Of a stretch of 48,620 nt of DNA, positions 40,550 through 48,620 are shown piece by piece. Source of the DNA: a bacterium. Lineage in GTDB: Bacteria > Patescibacteriota > Patescibacteriia > UBA2196 > GWA2-42-15. Each line of letters starts with the position of its first letter. Position 1 is the first letter of the stretch. The position numbers were made by a program, and so were the translations under genes. The stretch is from contig DAOOPA010000001.1 in the NCBI GenBank assembly GCA_035388025.1, forward strand, positions 1 through 48,620. The letters are read 5' to 3'. A model generated the notes under the pieces. The model was not told where the DNA came from. It did no database searches and saw only the letters and a program-made list of their open reading frames with translations.

Positions 40550-42322
40550 TTATTTCAATTCGCCGACAGACTGGAGGTGAAGGAGTTCGGTGTAAATACC
40601 ATCTTTATTTTTAAGCAGTTCTTCATGCGAGCCGGCTTCGGCGATGCGGCCGTCTTTGATGACAAAAATTTTGTCAGCGTTAATGACAGTAGAGAGCCGG
40701 TGGGCGATGATAATCATGGTTTGTTTTCTGGAAATTTGTTCGATGGATTTCTGGATCAGGCGTTCAGAGTGGGTGTCTAAGTTACTAGTAGCTTCATCAA
40801 AAATGAGAATATCCGGAGCGGAGAGAATGGCCCGGGCGATGCCAACGCGTTGTTTCTGCCCGCCGGAAAGTTTGATGCCGCGTTCGCCGACCAGCGTTTC
40901 ATAGCCGTTATCTAAAATATTCACAAAATCAACATTGGCAGTTTTGGCCGCCGCGGCGATCTCTTGGTCGGTGGCATGGGGTTTGCCATAGGCGATATTT
41001 TCTTTGAGAGAGGTATTAAAAACCTCCACATCTTGGGGCACGATGGCCAAGTGGGCGCGATATCGGTAGAGATCATAGTCGCGAATATTTTGGCCGTCGA
41101 CCAAAATAGCGCCTTCGGTCGGGTCATAGTGACGATAGAGCAGTTTGACTATAGTTGACTTGCCGCCGCCAGAAGGACCGACGAGGGCGACAGTTTCACC
41201 GGGATTGATTTTGAAGTTGATATTTTTTAAGGCTTGGAATTTGCTGTCTTGATGATAAGAAAAAGAGATATCATGAAATTCTATTTGGCCTTTTAGTCGT
41301 GGGAGATCTTTGTTTTTTGGCTGATTGACCAGAGAGGGTTGTTCTTGAAGCAGTCCGGTAATGCGTTCAACGCCGGTGGAATTTTCAATCAGGCGATCGT
41401 AGGTACGCGAAAGTCGGAAGAGCGCGTGATAAGCGGTTTCAGAAAGAGTGATGAAAAAAACCAAACTACCGACAGTGATGGCACCTTGCCAAGCAAAATA
41501 GGCGCTCAAAAGGATGACGCTAACACGCCCAAGGTCGACAATAACACTACGGAGGAGATTATAGTTTAAAACAATCGGCCACTCAATATTTTCCAGGGAG
41601 GCGATATTATTCCTGATATTTTTATATTTTTTGGTTTCATTTTTTTCCTGAACAAAAGATTGAACGGTATAAATATTAATAATCGATTGACCCAAGATGC
41701 CAGCGGCGTTTTCATATTCTTCGTGGCGATGGGTGCGCAGGGGGTTGGTGATTTTGTTCATTTTTAGAGTGACGATAATAAAGATTGGAATAAAGACGAT
41801 GAAAACAAGAGAAACCTGCCAGCTGAAATAGAGCATGGAGAAAAAAGTAAAAAGAATTTGAGTGACAGTCGGAAAGAACTCCCAGGAAGCATTGCTCATG
41901 AGCTCAGAGAGTCGGTCCACGCCGCGCTGGACTTTCATGATTTTATTGCCGGTATTTTCTTTTTCGTGATAACCGAGTGAGAGGGAAACCAATTTTTTTT
42001 GGAGGTCAATCGGCAGTTGATATTCAATTAAGATAAGAAAGTCAAAGATTTTTTTGTCTTTAAAATAATGAACTAAAGTGACAAAAACATCAGTGGCGAG
42101 CATGAGACAAATGAGAGATAAAAGTTTTAAAAATTCAATGTTTTTACCGTTGGTTAAAAGGTCAATAATTAGTTTCATGAAGTAGGGACTAATGAGGCGC
42201 AGTAATTCAAACACACTAATCATAGCAGAAAGCCAGATTATTTTTTTCTGGAACGGCTGGAGGATGGACCAGAGTCGAAGCCAGAATTCTTTGGTGATGA
42301 CGTTTTTAGTGAAGTTGTTCAT
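40550..42322 (-). CDS. ABC exporter, fused permease/ATPase (MsbA-like)
   Basis: Six N-terminal TM helices, Walker A GPSGGGKST, signature LSGGQKQRVGIARA, and Walker B ILIFDEATS. Confidence 0.9.
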   Translation of the reverse strand: MNNFTKNVITKEFWLRLWSILQPFQKKIIWLSAMISVFELLRLISPYFMKLIIDLLTNGKNIEFLKLLSLICLMLATDVFVTLVHYFKDKKIFDFLILIEYQLPIDLQKKLVSLSLGYHEKENTGNKIMKVQRGVDRLSELMSNASWEFFPTVTQILFTFFSMLYFSWQVSLVFIVFIPIFIIVTLKMNKITNPLRTHRHEEYENAAGILGQSIINIYTVQSFVQEKNETKKYKNIRNNIASLENIEWPIVLNYNLLRSVIVDLGRVSVILLSAYFAWQGAITVGSLVFFITLSETAYHALFRLSRTYDRLIENSTGVERITGLLQEQPSLVNQPKNKDLPRLKGQIEFHDISFSYHQDSKFQALKNINFKINPGETVALVGPSGGGKSTIVKLLYRHYDPTEGAILVDGQNIRDYDLYRYRAHLAIVPQDVEVFNTSLKENIAYGKPHATDQEIAAAAKTANVDFVNILDNGYETLVGERGIKLSGGQKQRVGIARAILSAPDILIFDEATSNLDTHSERLIQKSIEQISRKQTMIIIAHRLSTVINADKIFVIKDGRIAEAGSHEELLKNKDGIYTELLHLQSVGELK

Positions 42323-42398
42323 AAAAGCATTAAATCATTAAAACACAGAAACAGGAACGAAATAAACAGAAATAAAATAGAAATTTATTGTTTCATTG

Positions 42399-43253
42399 TT
42401 AAATTGTTCCATTGTTAAATTGTTGGTGAAGTTTTAGCGTATTTTGAAGCAGGATCGCGATGGTGATCGGGCCGACGCCGCCGGGAACGGGGGTAATGGC
42501 GGAGCAAAGACCTTTAACTTGGTGAAAATCAACATCGCCGACGGTTTTGTTATTGAGTTTATTGATGCCGATATCAATGACAATGGCCCCGGGTTTAAGA
42601 TATTTTTGAGTGATAAATTTTGGTTGGCCGATGGCGACGATGACAATATCAGCTTGGTTGGTTTTAGCGGCTAGGTTTTTGGTGGCGCGGTCATAGATAG
42701 CAATTTGTCGGCATTTATTTTTCAGATAGTAGTAAATTGGCAAGCCGGCGATTTGACTTTTACCGATGACCGCGACGGATTTATTTTTTAGATTTGTTTT
42801 CAGAGAGTTGAGGATGGTGGCCGCGGCGCAGGCAGTAGCGGGGAGGACAACTGGTTTTTGACCGGCCGACAGCAGGGACAAGTTTTCTGGGTGGATACCG
42901 TCGGCGTCTTTTCTGGGGTCAATGGTAGAGATAATTTTGTCAGTATTAAATTTTTTGGGTAGAGGAAGCTGGACTAAAATAGCCGAGACGGAAGGGTCTT
43001 GGTTGAGTTTTTTGATAAGATCCAAAATTTTTGTTTGACTAGCAGAAGCGGGAAAAAGATACTTTTGGAAGTTAATACCAACATCTTTGGCGCGTTTTTC
43101 TTTGAGGGAAACATAGAGGCGGGAGGCTGGGTTATTACCAATTAGAATTACAGCCAAGACTGGCTTCTGATTTTTGGGGAGCTTGGAAATTTGTTTTTTA
43201 AGACCGGCGAGAATTGTGCCGGCGATTTTTTTACCATCTATTATTTTGGTCAT
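42399..43253 (-). CDS. folD: bifunctional methylenetetrahydrofolate dehydrogenase/cyclohydrolase
   Basis: IIDGKKIA, ILVQLPLP, and PVPGGVGPITIAILL. Confidence 0.9.
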   Translation of the reverse strand: MTKIIDGKKIAGTILAGLKKQISKLPKNQKPVLAVILIGNNPASRLYVSLKEKRAKDVGINFQKYLFPASASQTKILDLIKKLNQDPSVSAILVQLPLPKKFNTDKIISTIDPRKDADGIHPENLSLLSAGQKPVVLPATACAAATILNSLKTNLKNKSVAVIGKSQIAGLPIYYYLKNKCRQIAIYDRATKNLAAKTNQADIVIVAIGQPKFITQKYLKPGAIVIDIGINKLNNKTVGDVDFHQVKGLCSAITPVPGGVGPITIAILLQNTLKLHQQFNNGTI

Positions 43254-43341
43254 GAAACTAATTATAGCGATTTTTTAGGGAAAAGCAAGGAAAAAGAGAG
43301 AGTAACTAGTAAATTGTAACTAGTAACTAGTAAATTGGGGC

Positions 43342-43370
43342 TTGATTTTTTTGAGGGGGGGGGGTAGAAT
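43342..43370 (+). promoter_or_regulatory. candidate promoter TTGATT-N17-TAGAAT with a G10 homopolymer in the spacer
   Basis: TTGATT at 43342-43347, spacer 43348-43364 containing GGGGGGGGGG (43355-43364), and TAGAAT at 43365-43370. Confidence 0.45.
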
Positions 43371-43399
43371 TAAAGTATGATTAATTAATAAAATTTTTT

Positions 43400-43657
43400 A
43401 TGGGAAATAGATTGGGCGGTAGGGTGTCAGAGGGCTTTCTTTGGGATACAGAAGAAATACCAGCTGGGAATACTGGGTTGACTGCACCTGATGGGCGGTT
43501 TTATCCGTTTAAAGACGGAGAACTTTTAGTTCTTGAAAAGATAGGACAGGGGCCAGATCGAAAACCATATATAGTTTTGAAGGATGGGATAAAAGTGCCA
43601 GCAGAAGTTTGGATTGAAAAGTATAATAAAGAGCAAGAAAAAGAGAGAGAAGAATAA
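43400..43657 (+). CDS. hypothetical protein (85 aa)
   Basis: ORF in the track, followed by a terminator-like hairpin (GGGCTCC...GGAGCTC plus a T-run). Confidence 0.45.
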   Translation: MGNRLGGRVSEGFLWDTEEIPAGNTGLTAPDGRFYPFKDGELLVLEKIGQGPDRKPYIVLKDGIKVPAEVWIEKYNKEQEKEREE

Positions 43658-43802
43658 TGCGTTTTGTTGAAAAGGGCTCCCTGTGGAGCTCTTTTTTGTA
43701 TTATTGATAATAAAAAAAGACGACACGTCGACGTGTCACCTTCAGTTTGATATTGGGTGAGGAATTAATCATCGGGCTCCAAGTCAAACTTGGAGCCAAC
43801 CA

Positions 43803-45068
43803 CTAGATTCCTGGTACTGGGAATTTGGAACACATAGCCTCAACTTCAGATTTGATTTGGGCGAGCTTTTGCTCGTCGCTATGGTTTTGGAACGCGGCGA
43901 TAATCCAATGGGCGATTTTTTGCATTTCTTCTTCTTTCATGCCACGGGTGGTAGCGGCTGGAGTGCCGAGACGAATACCAGAGGGGCGGAGTGGGGGATT
44001 GGGATCATCAGGAATGATTTGTTTATTGACGGTGATAGAAATTTTGTCCAAAGTTTTTTCCGCTTCAGTACCGTCAAGATTAAAGCTCTTAACGGTGTTA
44101 ATGACGAGCATATGATTGTCGGTGCCGTTGGTGATGAGTTTGATATGATTATCCAAAAATACTTGGGCGAGGGTTTTGGCGTTAATTAAAATTTGTTGGG
44201 CATATTTTTTGAATTCCGGTTGAAGGGCTTTGCCCAAAGCGACGGCGATAGCGGCGATGGTGTGCATGTGCGGACCGCCCTGGAGGCCGGGGAAAACAGA
44301 TTTATCAATTTGCTTGGCGTATTTTTCTTTGCATAAAATCAGGCCGGCGCGTGGACCGCGGAGGGATTTGTGGGTGGTGGTGGTCATAATATCAAAACCA
44401 AAATCCAGAGGATTTTTCATCGCATCACCGGCAATCAAACCACCAATGTGGGACATATCAGCCATAGTCAGGGCGCCAACTTCGTCAGCGATTTTTTTGA
44501 ATTCGGCGTAATCGAGATCACGGGGATAGGAAGTATAGCCGCAGAGAATTATTTTTGGCTTATATTCTAAGGCTAGGCGACGTAACTCTTCGAAATCAAT
44601 ACGGCCGTTTTCTTCGGGGATGGTTTTATAGCGGATGAAATTAAAAATAGCACCCATGTGCGAAACCGGGGCGCCATGAGTGAGATGGCCGCCGTGTGAC
44701 AGATCCATGCCGAGAATCGTGCCGCCAGGTTGGCAGAAAGCCAGATAAACTGCTTGGTTCATGGGTGAACCGGACAGGGCTTGGACATTGGCGTGCTCGG
44801 CGCGAAAAAGTTTCTTGGCGCGCTCAATGGCCAAAGTTTCCACGATGTCAGTAAATTCCTGACCGCCATAGTAGCGGCGGCCGGGATAGCCTTCGGAATA
44901 TTTATTGGTGAGAATGGAGCCATTAGCGGCAAAGACTTCTGGCCAGGTGTAGTTTTCAGAAGGGATGAGCTCAATACCTTTGTGTTCACGCTTTTCTTCG
45001 CCTTGAATGGCGGCGTAAATTTCTGGGTCGTTGGATTGAAGTTGGGAGAGGTTGCTTTGAAAATTCAT
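43803..45068 (-). CDS. glyA: serine hydroxymethyltransferase
   Basis: ELIPSENY, GYPGRRYYGG and TTTTHKSLRGPR. Confidence 0.95.
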   Translation of the reverse strand: MNFQSNLSQLQSNDPEIYAAIQGEEKREHKGIELIPSENYTWPEVFAANGSILTNKYSEGYPGRRYYGGQEFTDIVETLAIERAKKLFRAEHANVQALSGSPMNQAVYLAFCQPGGTILGMDLSHGGHLTHGAPVSHMGAIFNFIRYKTIPEENGRIDFEELRRLALEYKPKIILCGYTSYPRDLDYAEFKKIADEVGALTMADMSHIGGLIAGDAMKNPLDFGFDIMTTTTHKSLRGPRAGLILCKEKYAKQIDKSVFPGLQGGPHMHTIAAIAVALGKALQPEFKKYAQQILINAKTLAQVFLDNHIKLITNGTDNHMLVINTVKSFNLDGTEAEKTLDKISITVNKQIIPDDPNPPLRPSGIRLGTPAATTRGMKEEEMQKIAHWIIAAFQNHSDEQKLAQIKSEVEAMCSKFPVPGI

Positions 45069-45101
45069 GAATTTAGAATTATGAATAATGAATTATGGAA
45101 A

Positions 45102-45587
45102 TTAGTGATAGAGTTTTTTATAGGCGGCAATGGTGGGTTTGATATTTGGGGAACAATCTTTGGGTAGATGGTTAATATCAAACCATTGCATAGCCAGTAT
45201 CTCTTTGCCAGGTCGGAGTTTTTGGTTGATGGTAGCAAGATAGTGAATAAGTAAAATTAACTCTGGTTGTTCTTGACCGGTTTCTGGTTTTTCTTGCCAG
45301 AGAGCCAGTGTTGGCAATTCTCCGATGATTTTTACCTTGACTCCGATTTCTTCTTTGGCCTCGCGGAGGGCATTTTCTTTTAAGTTCCAGCCTTTGAGAA
45401 GTTTGCCACCACAAAATTTCCATCTTAGTTTTTTGAGTGGCTTATCGCCATGTTTAACCAAAAGGGTTTGGAGTTTGCCAGCATTCTTTTGAATAATAAC
45501 CGCCCCGGAAGCAATCATGGTTTTAAAAATTCCAATTTCACTGGCTTTGGTCAAATTAATATTTTGCGGATTGTGGAGTTTTTTCAT
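45102..45587 (-). CDS. NUDIX hydrolase
   Basis: Nudix box GGKLLKGWNLKENALREAKEEIGV. Confidence 0.8.
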   Translation of the reverse strand: MKKLHNPQNINLTKASEIGIFKTMIASGAVIIQKNAGKLQTLLVKHGDKPLKKLRWKFCGGKLLKGWNLKENALREAKEEIGVKVKIIGELPTLALWQEKPETGQEQPELILLIHYLATINQKLRPGKEILAMQWFDINHLPKDCSPNIKPTIAAYKKLYH

Positions 45588-45605
45588 GGAGTTATAGTAG
45601 CAAAT

Positions 45606-47210
45606 TTAGAGGGTTTTGACCATGTAGGTATTGTCTAGATGATAGCCGAGTTTTTTGTAATAGCCACGGACGCCGATGCCCGAGATGACGGAAATTTTTT
45701 GATAATGTTTTTGTCGAGCGACTTTTTCCGCTTGGGCAAGAAGTTTTTTACCAAGACCAGCGTGTTGGATTTTACCTTTTTGATCGAGAGGAACCATTTC
45801 GCCGTAGGTGTGAAGTTCGCGGAGAAGGCAGGCATGTAGGTTGGTAGGGTTGTAGGTTGGCAGGAAGAGGCGACAAAAAGCGTAAAGGATTTTTTGGTCA
45901 GGGGATTCGTAACTCAAGAAATATTCGGTACCACTAGTAACAGAGTAGGTTCGGATAAATAGTTTTTGTTTTTTTATATTTTTATATTCTTGTGTTCTTG
46001 CGGAATGTCCCGCTTCGCGACAACGAATACATTGACAGGTAAGACCTTGTTTATCCATGATAAATTTTATTTCCTGACGGAGATTGGTGATTTTGTTGCC
46101 GGCAATGATGGATTCTTCGGGAATATCGCGGATAATGCGAATGAGACGCACCCAGGGCGGGGTGATTAATTTGATTTTAATAATCAAGTCGGTTAAAGTT
46201 TTTTTTGAATAGGCACGCCAGCGGCCAGCCCGCCACCACTTGTAAAGTAAAGAACCTTCGGCGACAACGCAAGGATAAATTTTGAGTTGATCCGGTTGGA
46301 AACGTGGATCAGAATAGATTTTTTTAAACATTGCCAGATCTTTGGCCGGAGTAGAACCAGGGAGATTCAACATCAGGTGATAGGTGATTTTGAAACCAAA
46401 CTGACGGAGCAGGGCAGTGGCGTGAATAGTTTCGACTATTAGGTGGCCGCGCTTATTTAATTTCAAAATTTGATCATCAAGATGCTGGACACCGATTTCC
46501 ACGCGCGTGCAACCGAGGAGGCGCATAGTTTGTAATTCCTCTTTAGTAATATAGTCGGGACGGGTTTCCAGGGTGAGACCAATAATACGGTTGGCAACGG
46601 ATTCATTTTTGGTTTGTTCGCGAATCAATTTTTTTTGCAATAAGACAATATTTTTGGGCACAAGATTTTGTGCCCCTACCGATTTTTTGTTTTTAGGAAA
46701 ATCATTGGCGGCGCGGAAACATTCTTTAATAAACCAGAGTTGATAATTCTTTGGATAATATGACCAAGTGCCACCGAGCACAATCAATTCTAATTTGTCA
46801 GTGGTGTGGCCATTGTTTTGGAGGGCGCGCAAACGCATTTGGACTTGTTCGTAGGGGTTGAATTTACAAAGAACAGCGCGCATCACCGCCGGTTCGTTTT
46901 TGAGGTAGCTGACCGGCATTTGGTCCTGATGGGGACAATAGGCGCAAGTGCCGGGACAGGGGTGGGGTTTGGTCAAAACAGTGACCGCGGCAATGCCGGA
47001 AAGGGTGCGAATTTTGCGTTTGCGAAGAATTTTTTCCAGAGAGGCATTAGTCTTTTTTTGCGCCCGATATGCTAAAAGTAATTCACTATTGGTGGGTGGC
47101 TCAGCAAGATTAAATTGTTTGGCAAACCTTCTTTTAATCACGGATAAATCATCGCCTGGCGCGGGTGGGTTTTTGAGGAGATATTTAATTAGTTCGTGGG
47201 AAATGGACAT
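45606..47210 (-). CDS. Elp3-type tRNA uridine(34) acetyltransferase homolog (radical SAM plus GNAT)
   Basis: Radical SAM cluster CPGTCAYCP, an Elp3-like core, and a C-terminal GNAT (HAGLGKKLLAQAE). The start is moved to MSISHEL at 47210 because the track TTG start lies inside the -10 box. Confidence 0.8.
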   Translation of the reverse strand: MSISHELIKYLLKNPPAPGDDLSVIKRRFAKQFNLAEPPTNSELLLAYRAQKKTNASLEKILRKRKIRTLSGIAAVTVLTKPHPCPGTCAYCPHQDQMPVSYLKNEPAVMRAVLCKFNPYEQVQMRLRALQNNGHTTDKLELIVLGGTWSYYPKNYQLWFIKECFRAANDFPKNKKSVGAQNLVPKNIVLLQKKLIREQTKNESVANRIIGLTLETRPDYITKEELQTMRLLGCTRVEIGVQHLDDQILKLNKRGHLIVETIHATALLRQFGFKITYHLMLNLPGSTPAKDLAMFKKIYSDPRFQPDQLKIYPCVVAEGSLLYKWWRAGRWRAYSKKTLTDLIIKIKLITPPWVRLIRIIRDIPEESIIAGNKITNLRQEIKFIMDKQGLTCQCIRCREAGHSARTQEYKNIKKQKLFIRTYSVTSGTEYFLSYESPDQKILYAFCRLFLPTYNPTNLHACLLRELHTYGEMVPLDQKGKIQHAGLGKKLLAQAEKVARQKHYQKISVISGIGVRGYYKKLGYHLDNTYMVKTL

Positions 47211-47219
47211 AGTGAGGTA

Positions 47220-47247
47220 ATTATACAAGGGAGGGGCGGGAAGTCAA
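47220..47247 (-). promoter_or_regulatory. promoter of the Elp3 homolog (TTGACT-N16-TATAAT on minus), with the ATG 9 nt after the -10
   Basis: The reverse complement of 47242-47247 is TTGACT and that of 47220-47225 is TATAAT. The ATG is at 47210. Confidence 0.55.
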
Positions 47248-47359
47248 TTATAAAATTAGTAACTGGTAACTAAAAAATTGTTAAATTATTTCATTGTTAA
47301 ATTGTTGTATTGTTGATTGAGTTTTGAGTTTTGGGATGATTGTGTTAGATTGAAAATAT

Positions 47360-48112
47360 ATGAACAATGAACAAGCCAAAAGAATAATGGAAATTAGCAA
47401 AAATACCTATGAGATGATCTCAGAGGATTTTTCGGCGACGAGAAATAGAGTCTGGCCGGAGATGGAAATTTTGGTGAAAAAATATGTTCGGTCAGGCATG
47501 AAGGTGTTGGATTTGGGATGCGGAAATGGGAGATTGGCGGGGATTTTGCCGGAGGTACGATATATTGGGGTTGATGGTTGCGAGATGCTGGCAGAAAAAG
47601 CAAAGAAGATTTATGATTTAAGATTTAAGAATTATGAATTTAAGATTTTGGATATGTTGGAGTTGGAGAAGTTGGGAGAAAAAGATTTTGATGTAGTGTT
47701 TATGTTTGCCAGTCTCAACCATGTTGCCAGTGAGAAAAATAGGCGGAAAGTTTTGGAAGATGTAAAAAATATTTTGAAGCCGGGAGGGATATTAATTATG
47801 ACGAATTGGAATATGTGGCGTATTGGTGCAGGGAAGGGTGTCTGGAGGTATAAGTTAAAAATTCCAAGCACCAAATCCAAAATTAAAAATTATGGTTTAG
47901 GGTTTCGGGATGTGATGACGGTGTGGCAGAGTGGAGATAAAAAAAAACAGGGAGAACTTTATTATCGGGCGTTTGGATTGAAGGAGCTGAAAGGATTATT
48001 AGATAAGACAGGATTTGTGATGATGGAGAATTATTATTCGCTAGAGGGAGAGAAAGCACAGTGGTGGAAGGGGAAAAATATTGTGACGGTGGGGAGGTCG
48101 GTAGGCGAGTAG
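47360..48112 (+). CDS. class I SAM-dependent methyltransferase, Trm9-like
   Basis: YEMISEDFSATRNRVWPEM...MKVLDLGCGNGRL matches the Trm9/ALKBH8-MT pattern (Y..IA..FS.TR...WP......D.GCGNGK), recalled from memory. LYYRAFGLKEL resembles RYYHLYREGEL. Confidence 0.6.
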   Translation: MNNEQAKRIMEISKNTYEMISEDFSATRNRVWPEMEILVKKYVRSGMKVLDLGCGNGRLAGILPEVRYIGVDGCEMLAEKAKKIYDLRFKNYEFKILDMLELEKLGEKDFDVVFMFASLNHVASEKNRRKVLEDVKNILKPGGILIMTNWNMWRIGAGKGVWRYKLKIPSTKSKIKNYGLGFRDVMTVWQSGDKKKQGELYYRAFGLKELKGLLDKTGFVMMENYYSLEGEKAQWWKGKNIVTVGRSVGE

Positions 48113-48231
48113 GAATAAGATTTATGATTTAGGATTTATGAATAATGCAAATTAGATTTTAGAAATTAGAATATTGAATATTGGGATATTAGAAAACGAG
48201 CGGGGTGGCTCGTTTTTTAAAATAATTATTT

Positions 48232-48620
48232 TTACTTTACTTTAGCTTCTAGGATAGAGCTCAAATTATTAAAATGATTCTTTTGGTAAAAATTAATACC
48301 TTTTTCATTTTTGGTATAAGCGTGGACAATAATTCTTTTAACTTTATTTTTTTTACACCAGTTATAGAATTTTTTATATAATGCACTACCAAGGCCAAGG
48401 GATCTGTATTCTGGTAGTATAAAAGTGTTTTCTAGTTCAGCGCTGGGCAGTGACCCCCGACAAATATTGGGTTTGATAAGTCCACCACATAGGTAGCCGA
48501 TAATTTTATTTTTTGATAAAGCTACAAAGACACAGCTATCTTTTTGGGTAATTCTATTTTTAAAATAGGTGCTTGTCTAGAACAGACAAATAATTAGTAA
48601 TATTTTTTGATAATTTTTTT
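48232..48620 (-). pseudogene. GNAT N-acetyltransferase, 3' portion, with an in-frame TAG at 48577-48579. It is either disrupted or its N-terminus lies outside the window.
   Basis: Hand translation gives ...KNYQKILLIICLF*TSTYFKNRITQKDSCVFVALSKNKIIGYLCGG...EYRSLGLGSALYKKF...INFYQKNHF..., which includes GNAT motif A. There is no start codon after the TAG. Confidence 0.4.

Noticed and set aside
48577-48579. Stop-codon reassignment (TAG read as sense)
   Set aside because: TAG, TAA and TGA all terminate well-conserved genes at the expected positions elsewhere in the window. A single interrupted accessory gene is better explained as a pseudogene or an error.

Overview
This 48.6-kb window is a compact, low-GC (about 40% by hand count) bacterial chromosome segment. 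Its gene content and style suggest a reduced-genome CPR/Patescibacteria-type organism, but that is an inference. Supporting traits are few Shine-Dalgarno sites, many apparently leaderless genes, a ComEA-lamin-tail-domain surface protein, a bacterial Elp3 and a translin-like protein. Most of the window is housekeeping. It holds a 5S rRNA at the left edge, 9 tRNA genes, and tsaD, tsaC, infB-rbfA-nrnA, clpP, rpmF, nusB, rnc, nfo, tig, cca, an RluA-family pseudouridine synthase, gmk, 2-oxoacid:ferredoxin oxidoreductase alpha/beta, a PfkB kinase, a GalT-like gene, an L,D-transpeptidase, ychF, an ABC exporter, folD and glyA. The best candidate for a new system is a GC-richer, SD-using insert at about 16.4-19.2 kb. 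It contains (i) a self-contained operon (own promoter, leader and terminator) encoding a radical-SAM/SPASM enzyme, followed 10 nt later by an unannotated 50-aa peptide ending in SCACSRHDDQPHN, a candidate RiPP maturase/precursor pair. It also contains (ii) a stand-alone, atypical tRNA-Gly(GCC) with G-U-G-C in place of G-T-Psi-C and a D-loop reading AG where its UCC paralog has the conserved GG, (iii) an orphan promoter-to-terminator unit with no ORF, and (iv) a secreted tandem-repeat protein behind a long structured leader. Other notable items follow. There is a roughly 400-nt highly structured orphan RNA between a consensus promoter and a terminator (24.7-25.1 kb). Families of short word repeats fill the intergenic regions and also occur in-frame inside conserved genes. 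A membrane-anchored Memo-AMMECR1 fusion has a linker made of two palindromes. A divergent Elp3 / Trm9-like pair is present. A G10 tract lies in a promoter spacer. There is a tRNA-Ile(UAU), tRNAs embedded in long flanking helices, two long imperfect hairpin elements, and a Lys-rich micro-ORF. No CRISPR array, transposase, integrase or recognisable defence gene was seen.
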